From the human T2T-CHM13v2.0 reference genome, Homo sapiens: a stretch of DNA of 64,000 nt. A model generated the notes under the pieces. It was not told where the DNA came from. It was given only the letters and a program-made list of their open reading frames with translations, and made no database searches. The DNA lies in assembly GCF_009914755.1 (NCBI RefSeq), contig NC_060930.1. One strand, 5' to 3'. The translations under genes were made by a program, and so were the position numbers. Shown piece by piece: positions 15,754-31,367 of the stretch; the stretch's first letter is position 1; each line of letters starts with the position of its first letter.

Positions 15754-16995
15754 CCTTATAACGTGACCTTATTTGAAAATATGGCCATTGCAGTTGTAAT
15801 TGGCTATGATGTGGTCATACTGCAATAGGGTTCAGCCCCTAGTCCAACAGAACTGGTGTTCTTATAAAGGGAAATGTGGGCATGCACACAGGGGAAATTC
15901 CATGTGAAGATGAAGGCAGAGATTGGGGCCATGCTTTCCTATAGGCCAAGAGATGTGAAAGATTGCCAGCAAACCACCAGAATCTAGGAGAAAGGCATAG
16001 AACAGATTCTTGCTCACAGCCCTCAGAAGGAACCAACACTAGGAAACCTTGAGCTCAGATTTTCAGCTTCCAGAACTGCGAGAAAACCAGTTTCTGTTGT
16101 TTAAGCCACCTGGTTTGTGGTATTTTGTTAACAACAGCTCTAGTAAACAAATATTTTGTTTATCCCTGTATCTACAACTGTGACTAAATAGAGCAGACAT
16201 TCAATAAATAGATTTTTTGAATGAGTGTTGAATGAATAAATGAATACATGGAAGAATACATGAATATATGTTACCTCAGGAAAGCCATATATTTTTTATA
16301 GTCCTCAGTGTTGTCGTTTGTGAAATGACATTCACTACCATCTAGAAGATTTATCTAGTTCTCATCTATTCTGCCACATTCATAAAAAAGGACTCAATGA
16401 CAGAAAAATTAATCATATATTAGAAGTTATCAAGGAAGCTTATTTAATCTGAATCTCTATTAAAAAATACAGACAGACATGAGTTTTAGGGATGGTTGGA
16501 ATTTTAATTTGACCTGAGGCAAATATCTGAAATGAATAATTTCCTGAGATGGCTTTTAGATTTTGATCCTGTGTTTCTCCTTGATGAGTTTATCTATTTA
16601 TGGAAATCAGGTCAGTGAGACTGTGTGAGTTATAGGCAATAAGGTTTCACTGCACTCCAGGCTCAACTTAGGTATCAGATCAGAATACAATCTTCCTCAA
16701 TGAGGAAATAGAGCGGCAAAGAAATGATATAGGAGTCAAATCAGAGTGGAATGCTGAAAATTGACTTACTGCTTGGGAGGTTTGGGTGCACCATTACCTG
16801 AGATGATATTAGGTTTATCCGTGTGTCCCCAAATGATGGCCATTGATAAAGGACCTGGACTAAGAGACACTGAACAGCATCGCAGAGACTTACTTATCTG
16901 AATGTAACTAGATTCATTAGCCTGGATTCTATTTGGAAAACCCCAGTCAGCCAAGATGAGCTTAAGTTTTCAGTCCTTTAAGACTGTCCTAGGTG

Positions 16996-17357
<362 letters not shown>

Positions 17358-17750
17358 TTATAGAGCTCTGGTTCCATTTCACTTTCTATGTCCTTTACCT
17401 TCCTATGAACCAGCAGATTCGTTTTCTCAGTCTCCTGCCATTTAAAGGCTTTGACTTCTCCTGCGTGGCAGTATCCTATTGTTGAAAGTTAACATCCTTC
17501 ACTTGGCTCTTCTCCTTCTGTTCTTCCTAAATTCACATTTACTGAGATGGATCTTCAGTCCAATCAAAGAAATTGATACCTCAGTGTGTAAAACTCAAAG
17601 ATTCCCAGGGGATGGGCGAGAAGGGTAGAGAATTTACACATCCAGAGGAGTTAGATTCATCTCCCATTGGTGCTCTGCTGGGCTCAGTGGGGAAGTCATT
17701 CTGAGCTGGAATTCGGGTGCTTTTGCCTTCACTGGGTCCCTGCTATTTCC

Positions 17751-18740
<990 letters not shown>

Positions 18741-18863
18741 TTCACCAAGTCTTAAGTTCCTCTTGCTATCCAACTTAGCTCAAGTCCAAGAAGCCCATTA
18801 AAGTGCTAAATATACCGAATCAAAATCAGCAAAGAGCAGAGAATGTCTCTTACTTTCCCATCT

Positions 18864-19235
18864 CACATGGTCTGAATGTTGGTTTATCCTCCCTCGCATC
18901 CCCAATTTATGTGTTGAAATCTAATACCCAATGTGATAGTATTAAAAGGTGGGGACTTTGGGAAATGATCAATGCAAGAGGCTTCTACCCTCATGAATGG
19001 GATTACTGCTCTTATAAAAGAGTCTCCAGTGAGCTCCCTTGCCCCACTTTTACCATGGGAGGGCACAGCCACAAGGTACCCTCTATAAAGCAGAGAGCCT
19101 TCACTAGACACTAAATCTGCTGGTGCCTTGATTTTGAACTTCCCAGGATCCGGAGTGGCAAGATATACATTTCTGTTGTTTATAAATTACCCAGCTTAAA
19201 GTGTTTTGTTATAGCAGCCCGGATGGACTAAGATG
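18864..19235 (+). mobile_element. MLT1A0-type MaLR solo LTR
   Basis: ATGGTCTGAATGTT, CCCTCATGAATGGGATTA, AATCTGCTGGTGCCTTGAT, ATAGCAGCCCGGATGGACTAAGA. Confidence 0.85.
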
Positions 19236-20083
19236 CCACCTCTACTTCAATTTTGCAAATGGGTCAGTAAAAATAGTGTCCTTGGTGTGGGCAAGGGTGT
19301 AAATTAGTACAGTGAAGACTCAGACAGAAAACAAATCCTCGGAACAGAGGCAATTTATTTTCAAATCTTTGGATTATAGTGAGCAGTTAGAAGAAATCTT
19401 AAATGTCATCTAATTAAACTCACTTATTTTGCACATTAGGAAACAGGGTGCTCTGAGCAAGACATCTCCTGACTTGCAGACCCTATACTTTTCATGTAGT
19501 TCTGTGTTTGTCTTTAGGATTTTAAAAGCATTATTCTTCTTGGCATTATCTCTGCCCAAACCAGGGCAAAAACGTTTATAAAGTAAGAGGGTGGGTGAAT
19601 AAACCAAGACTATAGAGCTAGCAAAGGAAAAGGACTCAGACAAGAGACCATGTCCCCTAGTTCCTAATTCAGTGCTCTGTGATTCAGTTGAGCATTAAAG
19701 CAAACTAAGGCTGCATAAGAATTAAAATCTGTGATCCTTAGACTCTTACGTAAAATAGGCTGCTGTCTTATTTTCTGTAGTCCAATGGTATCGGTCTCTA
19801 TAGCAGCGATTCTGATTTCCTTTAGACGGTGGAGTAATTGTCCCCACTCGAGAGTCTGAAAACTCTCAGGGATCCTCTTCTCAAAAAATTGTGTACACAC
19901 ACAATTTGCAGGTTCAGGTGATTCACATAACACCTCAATATGAGGGCAAGACCCTGGGCTGTGAATGAATGTTCTAAATACCAATGCCAGCTGTGTTTGT
20001 TTATTGAGTGTTTGCTATGTTCCAGGCATTATTCTGAAGACTTTATATGTGCTACTTCATTTAATTTCTGCAACTCCACTTGA

Positions 20084-20444
<361 letters not shown>

Positions 20445-22594
20445 TAGAGTGCATCTCTTTATTTAACACTATTCCTTAAATACTGACTGATGTCAGGCAA
20501 GATGCTAGGTACTGAGTATACAGTGGTGCACAAAAATGGACACAGTTCCTTTTTTCATCCAGCTTGGAATCCAGTGAAGCAAAGTGATTGCCTGTATACG
20601 CAGAAACATGCCACGAGGGAAACGTCATGGGTGGGGGGCGTGTGTCAGGCAGTGATAATAACATGGACCCATGGAGTTCTGGAAAGATCTGAAGAAGGAA
20701 GTTGTGCCTGGACCACTATGCAAAATGGGTGCAAGAGCTATATATGAGGTGAGAGGTGTCAGATGATGTGTGGGAGTTAAATCATGTGCTAGAGGTTAAC
20801 TCCAAAGGACAGAGGCTGAGCTCAAACCAAGTTCATCTGCCCCCAAGGTCAGACCCTGCCCTATTGTCACCACAGTTCAGTTCCTCTGACTATCATGACT
20901 CCTAGTGACATATAATGTATAATATCTCATGCTGGTGTCCTTCATGCCCTTGGGAAATACACCTCCCTAAAGTGCCCAATTTGTGGTGAAGGACAAAGTT
21001 TTAGAATTTTCAATCTGTCATGCTGTGTTTCTATACATCAACCTGTCACCCTCTCCCCGAGTTGCCAAGCCTACTCCCTAAGCTTGGGAGTGTTCTTGGT
21101 GGAAGTACAGAGCATTCTGGGTAACCACCGATTCATACTGATTCACTATAGAGGAATTATGTATCTGGACTGATGGCTTTGGTGAAAAATAATGTCTCTG
21201 ATCTCTATGTCTAAAAACTTACCTGCAAGCTTTGGCTGTTTCCCTCCGTCACATTTGCAGAGCCCTGTCCCAAACAATTGAGCCTGTATTTCTTCTTTCC
21301 AGAGCAGCAGCTTGCTGATGCATGTGATTGCCAGGCATGGGGCTGGACCCCTGCCCAGGAGTGGCAAGGACAGGTACCCAGGCCACATATGACTGTTGTG
21401 CAGCTGATGTACTTGGCTTGCTACCTACCACCGGTGAGTGTGCTACGCACCACAAACAGAAACACAGTGCTAATTTCAAGGTCTATTAGAATCACAAGGC
21501 AGTAGAAATAATGGTCGAGAGGCAGAAAGGGTCAGAATTGGCAGATTAAGAAGTCCTATTCCAAAGCTTCTGGGAGATGTCGACAAACAATGGGAAATAA
21601 ATAGATACACTTTCCGATAATAAAAATGTACTTGACAGTGTGCTTTTGAATGAGCACAGTGAGGGACTGAAGTGGACAATATGTGACCATGGTTTTTACC
21701 CTACACCATACAGAACTGCTGATGGGGTCAGGCTGAGAACAAGCATCTGAGCATTCATGTAAAAGCTATCGGAATGCAGTGTTCCCAACAAATACATTAA
21801 TGACTTTCAACAACCTTCACTTCTGGACATGATGTAATTAATTTTTGAATCAGGGAAGCAAAATGGTCTGTGGTCTGATATTTTCATTTGAAAGCAAGTG
21901 GGAAGACAAAAGCAAACAGGCTTTTTGGCTATGAGAAAATGCGTGACCTTCCAAGTAAGGAATTCAAACTGGAGCTTTCAACTTCAGAGAGGAATGAGGT
22001 TGGAGAACCTTTTTGTAGCAGAAATGGAAGGTGGAGAAATGGTTGGGGGTTACAATGCCCTCCACTGCCCTCTAAGTAGACATGCCTTTCCCCACTTCGA
22101 AGGGCTGTGATGTCCCTGAACTACTATGTAACAGGAAAACATTATTGCTAACAGCTTTTATATTTTTTTTAAACAGAGGGTTGGCATGCCAGCACATGCT
22201 TGAATGCTCTCACGGTTACATATAAACTTTAAAAAGAGGCCCCCTTTCCCCTGAGCCTGACTCATACTCCATGCATCATATAACCAGGCTTTGGAAAGGC
22301 TCTGAAGAATGCACATGGCAATTGGATCTATTTTGTCCCATCGTGGGAGTGATAAAAGCAGGTGATGTAGTAGGTGGTGGGAATGTAAAGCTGGGGGGTA
22401 CAGGGTGGGGAGGGGAGGGGTCATGAGGGGTAATAGGAAAGTTGTTCATACTTTTTAATGTTCTTTATGACATTTAGGATAACAGAACCATTGCTTTTTA
22501 AAGACAGAAGAGGCCTTGGAAGCCTGCAATGACAATTCAGAGCTACTAAGCCAGTGCAAAATCACACAGCCAAACTCTGAACAACCCAGGCTGT

Positions 22595-22730
22595 ATTTTG
22601 GACCCCCAAACCCATCAGAGAATCCAGTAAGGGCTACAGACCATTTCTCTTGAAAAACAAAATGATACATAATATTTTCTATAGAGTTTCAAAGGATTTA
22701 TCTACTCCTTAAGTTAGTCCATGAAACTGA
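22595..22730 (+). mobile_element. Possible MER117-like hAT fossil
   Basis: Weak similarity (GAGAATCCAGTAAGGGCTACAGACC...GAAAAA...GTCCATG) to a recalled consensus. Confidence 0.35.
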
Positions 22731-22966
22731 GCGTCTAATGAATTTTCTGTTACACTAGTAGTACAGGTTCTTGATTGAGCATGTAAGTAATGTTCAGACA
22801 GACTAAGGTTTAAATTCCTCCTCCTTGTCACCTACTTGCTGTTCGAGCCCAAGCAAGCATGTAACGTTTTTAAGCCTCTGATATTTGAAATAGGTATAAT
22901 AATAGCACCAACTCATAGGTTATCATGCAGATTAAATGTGATAATGGGTTTAAAGCAGTTAGGTTG

Positions 22967-23251
22967 GGCCAGGCGCCATGGCTCATGCCTGTAATCCCAA
23001 CACTTTGGGAGGCCGAGGAGGGGGCTGGATCACAAGGTCAGGAGTTCAAGACCAGCCTGGCCAACATAGTGAAACCCCGTGTCTACTAAAAATACAAAAA
23101 TTAGCCGGACATGGTGGCGCGTACCTGTAGTCCCAGCTACTCGGGAGGCTGAGGCAGGAGAATTGCTTGAACTAGGGTGTGGAGGTTGCAGTGAGCCAAG
23201 ATGTGCCACTGCACTCCAGCTTGGGCAACAGAATTAGACTTCATCTCAAAA

Positions 23252-23286
<35 letters not shown>

Positions 23287-23310
23287 AATAAAAAATAAAA
23301 ATAAATAAAA
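22967..23310 (+). mobile_element. AluS (Sg-like) with (AAAT)n tail, inside a MIR (about 22780-23365)
   Basis: Dimeric Alu; tail AAATAAATAAAT...; MIR resumes CCTGGCACACGGTTAG. Confidence 0.93.
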
Positions 23311-23796
23311 AGAAGGTAGGTTAACATGAAGCCTGGCACACGGTTAGGACACCATGTTGTTTTTATTGATGCTACTTTCCCTACTGGCTTCGTGGCCTCC
23401 TTGATTGGTTGTCGGTGGGCTGCTCCAGACCCAGGCCTCCTGAATTTCTTCCTAGTCCTTTGCTTTTTGCTTGCTTCCAGCCTAAACTTATTTACTTCCT
23501 GGACATTCTCTTTTCCTTAAGGGTCTCTCCATCTCACCACATAAAAGGCAGCCTATGATAAAATGTCCTGATAAATTTGTTGTGCAGAAATCCATCAGAA
23601 GGAAGTGCTGGGAAAATAAGATTGCTTGAGAGAAGGGCAGGCCTCTGAAGTGCTTCCTCACTGTAGGGAGATCAAAGAGTAGAACAAGTGGAAATACCAG
23701 GTCTGCAAGAATTGTATTGAGCCCATATTATTATTTCGTCTTCCCTCTACAGCAGGAGAAAAATAGCTTGCTTTTTCTACATTCTTTATTTTTTAA

Positions 23797-24123
<327 letters not shown>

Positions 24124-25680
24124 TATTTTTAACATTAAAGTTTCTCTGGTCGATGTGGTGTTTAAACCTTCCAACTCCTTACTAGTCTCCCTCCATGCAC
24201 CCAACTTCCTTCGGATCTGGGTTGAGAAACAGAAAGATAGACGCAGGAGGAGAAGCAGGGTTGTTAGAATACTGAGCAGAGAGAAACCTGCTCCCACCAC
24301 CCTCCTTCTGGTTCAAGTTGTCCATTTTTTGTAGTGTTGGAAGTTCTCATGGGGACATTGCAGGATGAATTATATGAAGTTTTGGAAACTGAGTCTCCAA
24401 AGACAGTTTAGTGTAAGCCTCTGAGCTTCTCTTCTACCAGGCAAAGGTAGATAGGAAGACTGATAAAATCTCTTGGTTTTTTTTGTGCCAATTCAACTCC
24501 CACCCACTTATACTTGAAAGTAGGACTTCAAGGTACTTTACCACAGAAACCAGAAAGCAACCTTTAAATAGTCCCAGAACAGCAAAATCTGCATTCTCAT
24601 TAGGCTAACTACTGAGTTTAACTTCACCCACACAAGAATTACACGATTAGAGCCAGGAGAATGAGTCTTTGGCTTTCTGACACTTTAACCGTAGAGACAG
24701 ACACTCCTTTCTGTGTTCTCCTTTCCCCACTGCCCTGGTAGAAATAAAAGTGAAGTGTTAGTGATGATGTTAGTGACCAAATCTTTCTCTTGAAGTAGGG
24801 ATAGTGGTCACGTGACAGTTCCCCCAAAAGGCTGCAAACTGAGGGGCCATAAAATGAGGCTACTTTGCAGTCGGAGGCAACCAGTTTTAGTGAAGGGTGA
24901 TTCTGTCGTTCTGTTTCTGCTCTTAGACAGATTTGGGTGCAAAGCTCTTCTTTATCATATTCTAGCTATGGGGCCCGGGAAAATTACGTCTAACTTTGTG
25001 TCCTCTGTTTCTTTCTCTGCAACTGGAGACATAGAGCCTTTGACTGAACCAGTCTGTATTCAGCGTCTGGCACCTAGCACCCCTTTCCTCATCCTGGAAC
25101 AGGCAGCGTCATCTTGTGTAGCGATTAACTGCACTGAAGGATGAGAATATGATATTTGGATAATGACTTAATGTCCAGAGATAGTGGAGACAACAGGTTT
25201 GGGAGGTGGAGATTGTATATTTTGGGGGATGGTGTTCATAGTCATTGAAGATAATGAACTTTTACTCTAACTTGTTAGAAATATGCTAGAGCTTTTCTTC
25301 TCTCTTTTTTAAAACTGTCTCATAAGAGTGAGTGTGTGTAAAGAAATCAATTAAGCTGGTGCAGCACCAGCTCATCACCTCTGTCATCCAGTTGACTTGC
25401 TGACAGAGTCTCATCAATTTCTTAGTAATGTCAGCATGTTATCCTGGAAAGAAAACTGAACAGGGTGCCACACAGAGAAGCATCAGTTCCACAAATTTAC
25501 ATTAACACCTACTCTGTTCCAGCCACTGGGCTGCATGCAATAGAGACAAAGATGAGAAATCCAAGATCACACTGCAGAGTGAGCCTCATACAGTATTTCC
25601 CAATTGGAGAATTCCAAAAATTCTCAGGGATTGCAAGTTCCAGAAGTCTAATTTTTTTTGCTTTTGTTTCAATAATATAT

Positions 25681-25755
25681 ACATATATATGTGTATATAT
25701 GTGTGTGTGTGTATGTGTGTGTGTATATATAATATATATATTTTATATATATATT
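25681..25755. repeat. Compound (TA)n/(TG)n microsatellite derived from an Alu tail
   Basis: ACATATATATGTGTATATATGTGTGTG...; lies inside the Alu TSD. Confidence 0.9.
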
Positions 25756-26033
<278 letters not shown>

Positions 26034-26219
26034 CAATAATATATTTTTAATGGTAATTTTACTAGTTATAAAGGAAAAATTTTGTAGAGCAGTAACTCAT
26101 ATGTGAAAGATATCATCAATGATTAAAGATTAAATTTCTTAGCCTGATGTGTAGGAATATGCCTACATAGTCTTAGACTCTTCAGATTTCCTTTCATTCA
26201 GGATCCATATATTACCAAG

Positions 26220-26400
26220 TGGAAAAACATGGTATAAGGGATCTGAATTTTTATCTTCTTTAACCCCTAACTTGGTGTGTGGTCTTAGCCAGTACACTCA
26301 TTTAAATCCACTTGGCCTCAGAGTCTTGTTCTAAAATAAGGTGCCTGGACCAGATGAGCTCTGAAACTCTTCCAGCTTTAATAGTCTACACCTCTATGAC
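26220..26400 (+). mobile_element. MIR (MIRc/MIR3-like)
   Basis: GGCCTCAG..CTAAAATAAG..GGACCAGATGAGCTCTGAAACTCTTCCAGCT..CTATGA 3' end. Confidence 0.65.
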
Positions 26401-26704
26401 TTTTCCTCTAACTGGAATTGTAACCTGCATTTCTTTTTAATTTCTGGTTCAGAAGAGAGAGCGCTGGCTAGACATCAGATCTGTTCTTATTTTTCCTTTA
26501 GAAGTGATTGCTCGGAAAAGCTGATGAAATCATTCTCCTTCTTTGCATCTTAGGCTTTTTATCTGAGATATAGGAATGTTAACAACAACAACAAAACCAA
26601 AGGTAAAAATCAGTGAGAACATAAGTTTGAGAAGCTTTGGAATACAACAGAAATTTTATCACAAAGATGAGCCCTGCAGTGAAAGGGAAAATTAATATTT
26701 CTAA

Positions 26705-27020
26705 GTTAATTAGTCAGGAATACAGGTATACTGTGGCAACAAACAACCCCAAAGATTCACTGCACAGGTGATTGCAGGTTGGCAGGGGCTCTGCTCATCA
26801 CAGTCAGCAAAGGACCAGGCTGCTGGGAACTCCATCTAGACTCACAGTTTCAATATCCCTGAAGGAGGGAAAAGAGGATACTGTAAACTGCACATTGTCT
26901 CAGAATCACATTTCATTGGCTAATGCAGGTTACGTGATGATGACTAAGTTCACAGGGGTTGGGGTGAGGTGGAGAATAGCAATTCTACTTGAGACCAAGA
27001 TGAGAATATCTTGAATATTT
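26705..27020 (-). mobile_element. Ancient MLT1 LTR fragment
   Basis: TTAGTCAGGA..CTGTGGCAACAAACAACCCCAAA; CACATTTCATTGGC. Confidence 0.5.
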
Positions 27021-27582
27021 GTGACACTAGGTCTTCGCAAACATACCATTATTAGCATGCTCATTTTTAAATTTGGAGACTAAAATCCAAATTATAATTC
27101 CAGATAGTGATCATTCTAAGATGCAAAACAATGAACACACTCAAGCTGATTTTGGATTTGACCATACACATTTCTCAGAAGAGGGAGCTTTCCTGGAGAA
27201 GGTGAAGAAAGAGAAGGATATTTGGCAGTGCTGATTGGTAAGTTACCCATGATAGAAGAACTGGCAGGTAAGAATTCTTGGCAGTGAGAATGCACAAAAG
27301 GAATGAAGCAAAATTAACGGGGTTAAAGGTCAGGGAGCATACAAGAACACAGGTAGAGCTGTGATCAAAGGAACGAGTGGCTTATGACAGAACTTCTTTA
27401 CTAAGGACTCTGAAGTCAAAGTCATATTTGTGTTTAATATAGAGTATCCTATATGAGTCAACAGGTATGGAATGAAAGAAATGCATTCAGATATGAAGAG
27501 ATAGGACTAACAACAAGTCTACAGAGAAAGTACAGTGAATATCTGAATTTTTATGTTGGGTCATACACATTGGTTTTGCTAG

Positions 27583-27967
<385 letters not shown>

Positions 27968-28251
27968 AACAAATGAAAATTCTACTAGAGAGATAGTTTA
28001 ATTAAAGCATGTAATTAGTTGATTACCTGCTTCATAGAAGTAACAACTTTACTTTAATGTGGTATTCTGTTATCAGTCTGGGAGGTGAAGAGTCCTAAAT
28101 AGAGTGGCTTTATTGACTCTTTGAATACAATGCTCTTAGAATGACATCATGACTTAGGGTAAAATATTAATTTCTAATCCTCAAAACCATATATTCAGAT
28201 ATAAGCATAAAAACATATTCAAAATGCCAACTATAATTCAAAATATATAAG

Positions 28252-28728
28252 CAGTTGACCCTTGAACGTTTTGGGGCATAGGGGTGGTGATCTCTCCTAC
28301 AGCAAAAAATCCATGTATAATTTCTGACTGCCCCACATCTTAACTACTAATAGCCTGCTGTTGACCGGAAGCCATACTGACCACATACACAGTCCATTAA
28401 CACATATTTTGTATGTTATTTGTATTATATACTGTATTATTAAAATAAGCTAGGGAAAAGAAAATGTTATTAAGAAAATCATAAGGAAGAGACAATGTAT
28501 TTACTATTTAGTAAGTGGAAGTGGCTCATCATAAAGGCCTTCACCCTCATTGTCTTCACATTGAGTAGGCTGAGGAGGAGGAAGTACTGAAGTTGATTTG
28601 TTGTCTCAGGGGTGGCAGAGGCAGAAGAGGTGGGAGGGGAGGCGGGACACTCAATGTAACTTTTATTGAAAAATCCACATCTAAGTGGACCCACATAGTT
28701 CAAATTCATGTTGTTCAAGGGTCAGATA
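28252..28728. mobile_element. Tigger2a/2b-type Tc1/mariner-pogo deletion derivative
   Basis: TIRs CAGTTGACCCTTGAAC ... GTTCAAGGGTCA; internal AACTACTAATAGCCT.CTGTTGACCGGAAGCC and GAAAATGTTATTAAGAAAATCATAAGG. Confidence 0.9.
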
Positions 28729-28806
28729 TGCATGTGTATATGTTTGCTGTTCAGTGCTGGCTGACTGGTGATGTTTGAATTTATCTCCACTTTAAAATAT
28801 TTTTTT

Positions 28807-29110
28807 GGCTGGGTGCAGTGGCTGACGCCTGTAATCCCAGCACTTCGGGAGGCTGAGGCGGGCAGATCACGAGGTCAGGAGTTCGAGACCAGGCTGGCCA
28901 ACATGGTAAAACTGCATCTCTACTAAAAATACAAAAATTAGTCTGGCATGATGGTGCACGCCTGTAGTCCCAGCTACTCGGTAGGCTGAGGCAGAAGACT
29001 CACTTTAACCCGGAGGCAGAGGTTGCAGCGAGCCGAGATTACACCACTGCACTCCAGCCTGGGCAACAAAGTAAGACTCCATCTCAAAAAATAAATAAAT
29101 GAAAAAAAAA
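28807..29110 (+). mobile_element. AluS (Sg-like)
   Basis: GATCACGAGGTCAGGAGTTCGAGACCAG; A-rich tail. Confidence 0.93.
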
Positions 29111-30999
29111 TTTTTTTCCCTATTGTCCTTTATCTTGTATGTCTAGGGAGAGAATTGGCTAGCACACAAATAAAGGAGAAAGGAGGAGAAAAATTCCTTA
29201 TGTGTGATATGTGATATAAATCTGAAATTCATGATTTTGAGGCAGCACGATTTAGAACAAAAAGAAAACCTAATATTAAGAAATATATGTAGTGATGCTT
29301 AAATCTGTAACAGATATTGGGAATGCAGGTGAAAATGAAATTTGTGTGCTGAAAGAGCAGCACCTCAAAAGACGTTACTCACAAGTCCATGCACATTATT
29401 TGACATCCTGTGTCATTTCGTAAATCACTTTCATGCTTGAGAAATGAAGTATATACATAAATAATATTGATGCGGATAGCAACAATAGTAAGTTCCTGGT
29501 CTTGTCTGCACTCACGTGTCTCTGTTGCAAAGGCTGTTATGGGATTCCACGGTACTAAAGAACTGGAATTAATGATTGGAAAAAATGTTCTCCAGTTGTT
29601 TGTCTAAGATAAATATGGCCTTAGACTTCAGGTTCTGCTTCTGCCCATCTCATGGACCATAAGCAGTGAAAAGCCAACCAAAATATAGTTAGTAATATTA
29701 ATTATGATCAAAATGAGCTAATGGCACCCTGGGATGGTAGGGAAGAAAGTCAGAAGTAAAAGAAAGCACTATAATTACAGGGAAAAAGGCCTTCAGTTAT
29801 TCTTGCCCTTTTGCTTGCTACCACCAAATTCTAGTCCTGAGTGCTTATAATTACTTTATGAGCCTAAAGTAAGTCATGTTGCTTGTAATCCTTATAGCCA
29901 TATCTTAATGGAAAAGTATTCACATGTTTGATCCACCTATAATTTTTAGAGAGAGAATGACATTTTCAAGAACAGGGGTGAGAAACTTGGGGAGCCACAC
30001 AATTCTTGCTTCATGTGTTTCTGTGCATATGTGCGTGCAATGCATATGTGTTCATAGCCACCATATTGACAAACTTAGCGAAGATGTGAAAGGACTGAGT
30101 GGCTCTAGGTCATGGAACTGGAAGGGCCAGGGTGATGGCTGAGAGATGAGTCTTTCTCCCCTGGAGCCTGAGAGGGCCTATGGTTGTTGCTTAGCAAGTT
30201 CTAGACAAGAATTCAGGTTATTATATAACTTGTTTTCAAAACATTCTTGTGTAGTAGGAATGTTGCAGCTATTCCTGGCCCCTCTTGCCAGGGAAGCACT
30301 CTAGCACTTGTGGGTTTGATATCCACTGTGGTGGGACAGGCTTATCAGGTTGGCCAAGCTTGTAGATCCTATTGTGATAGAATATCTTCTTCGCTCTCTA
30401 CTTTTGTTGTTTACTTAACAAAAGACACTCCACCCTCGCTGCAAGTTTTGACACTCTCTCTGATACACTGTATGGCTACTGTACCTTGACTTTCAATTAC
30501 ATTAAATCCTATCATAATCATTTTCTTACAACAAATCCTCTTTAACACCTGTAAAGCTCAGCTCCCATGGGTGTAGGATTATGCTGTCAAAAATAAAAAA
30601 CAGAAGAATTCTACTGGAATTGCAGTGGCTATTGCACGCGCTTAAAAATAAAATCAGCATAAGAGCCCTCCCCACTTTGCATTCAATTCTGGTAGCAAAA
30701 AAGAGAAAAGTTATTCAAGCCATTCAAATATGGCTTGACGTATAAACCAGTGGCTTTAATTCAGTGATTTTAAATCAATGTGATATCATGTTAAAATACT
30801 TTCTCTGGGAATGGATTTCTTTTGGAAGTGAGTTCCGGAATCCCTAATTATTACCATTGTAATGATTAATGTAGAACAGACTATTCTTCATTAATACCTA
30901 ACAAAAATACATTGTATGGGAAGGCTTTCATTTGTTTGCTTTGTTTCTTTTAATGATCCTGCTTTATTGGTTGGACGACAAGCAAGTTTCAAAATTTAG

Positions 31000-31367
<368 letters not shown>

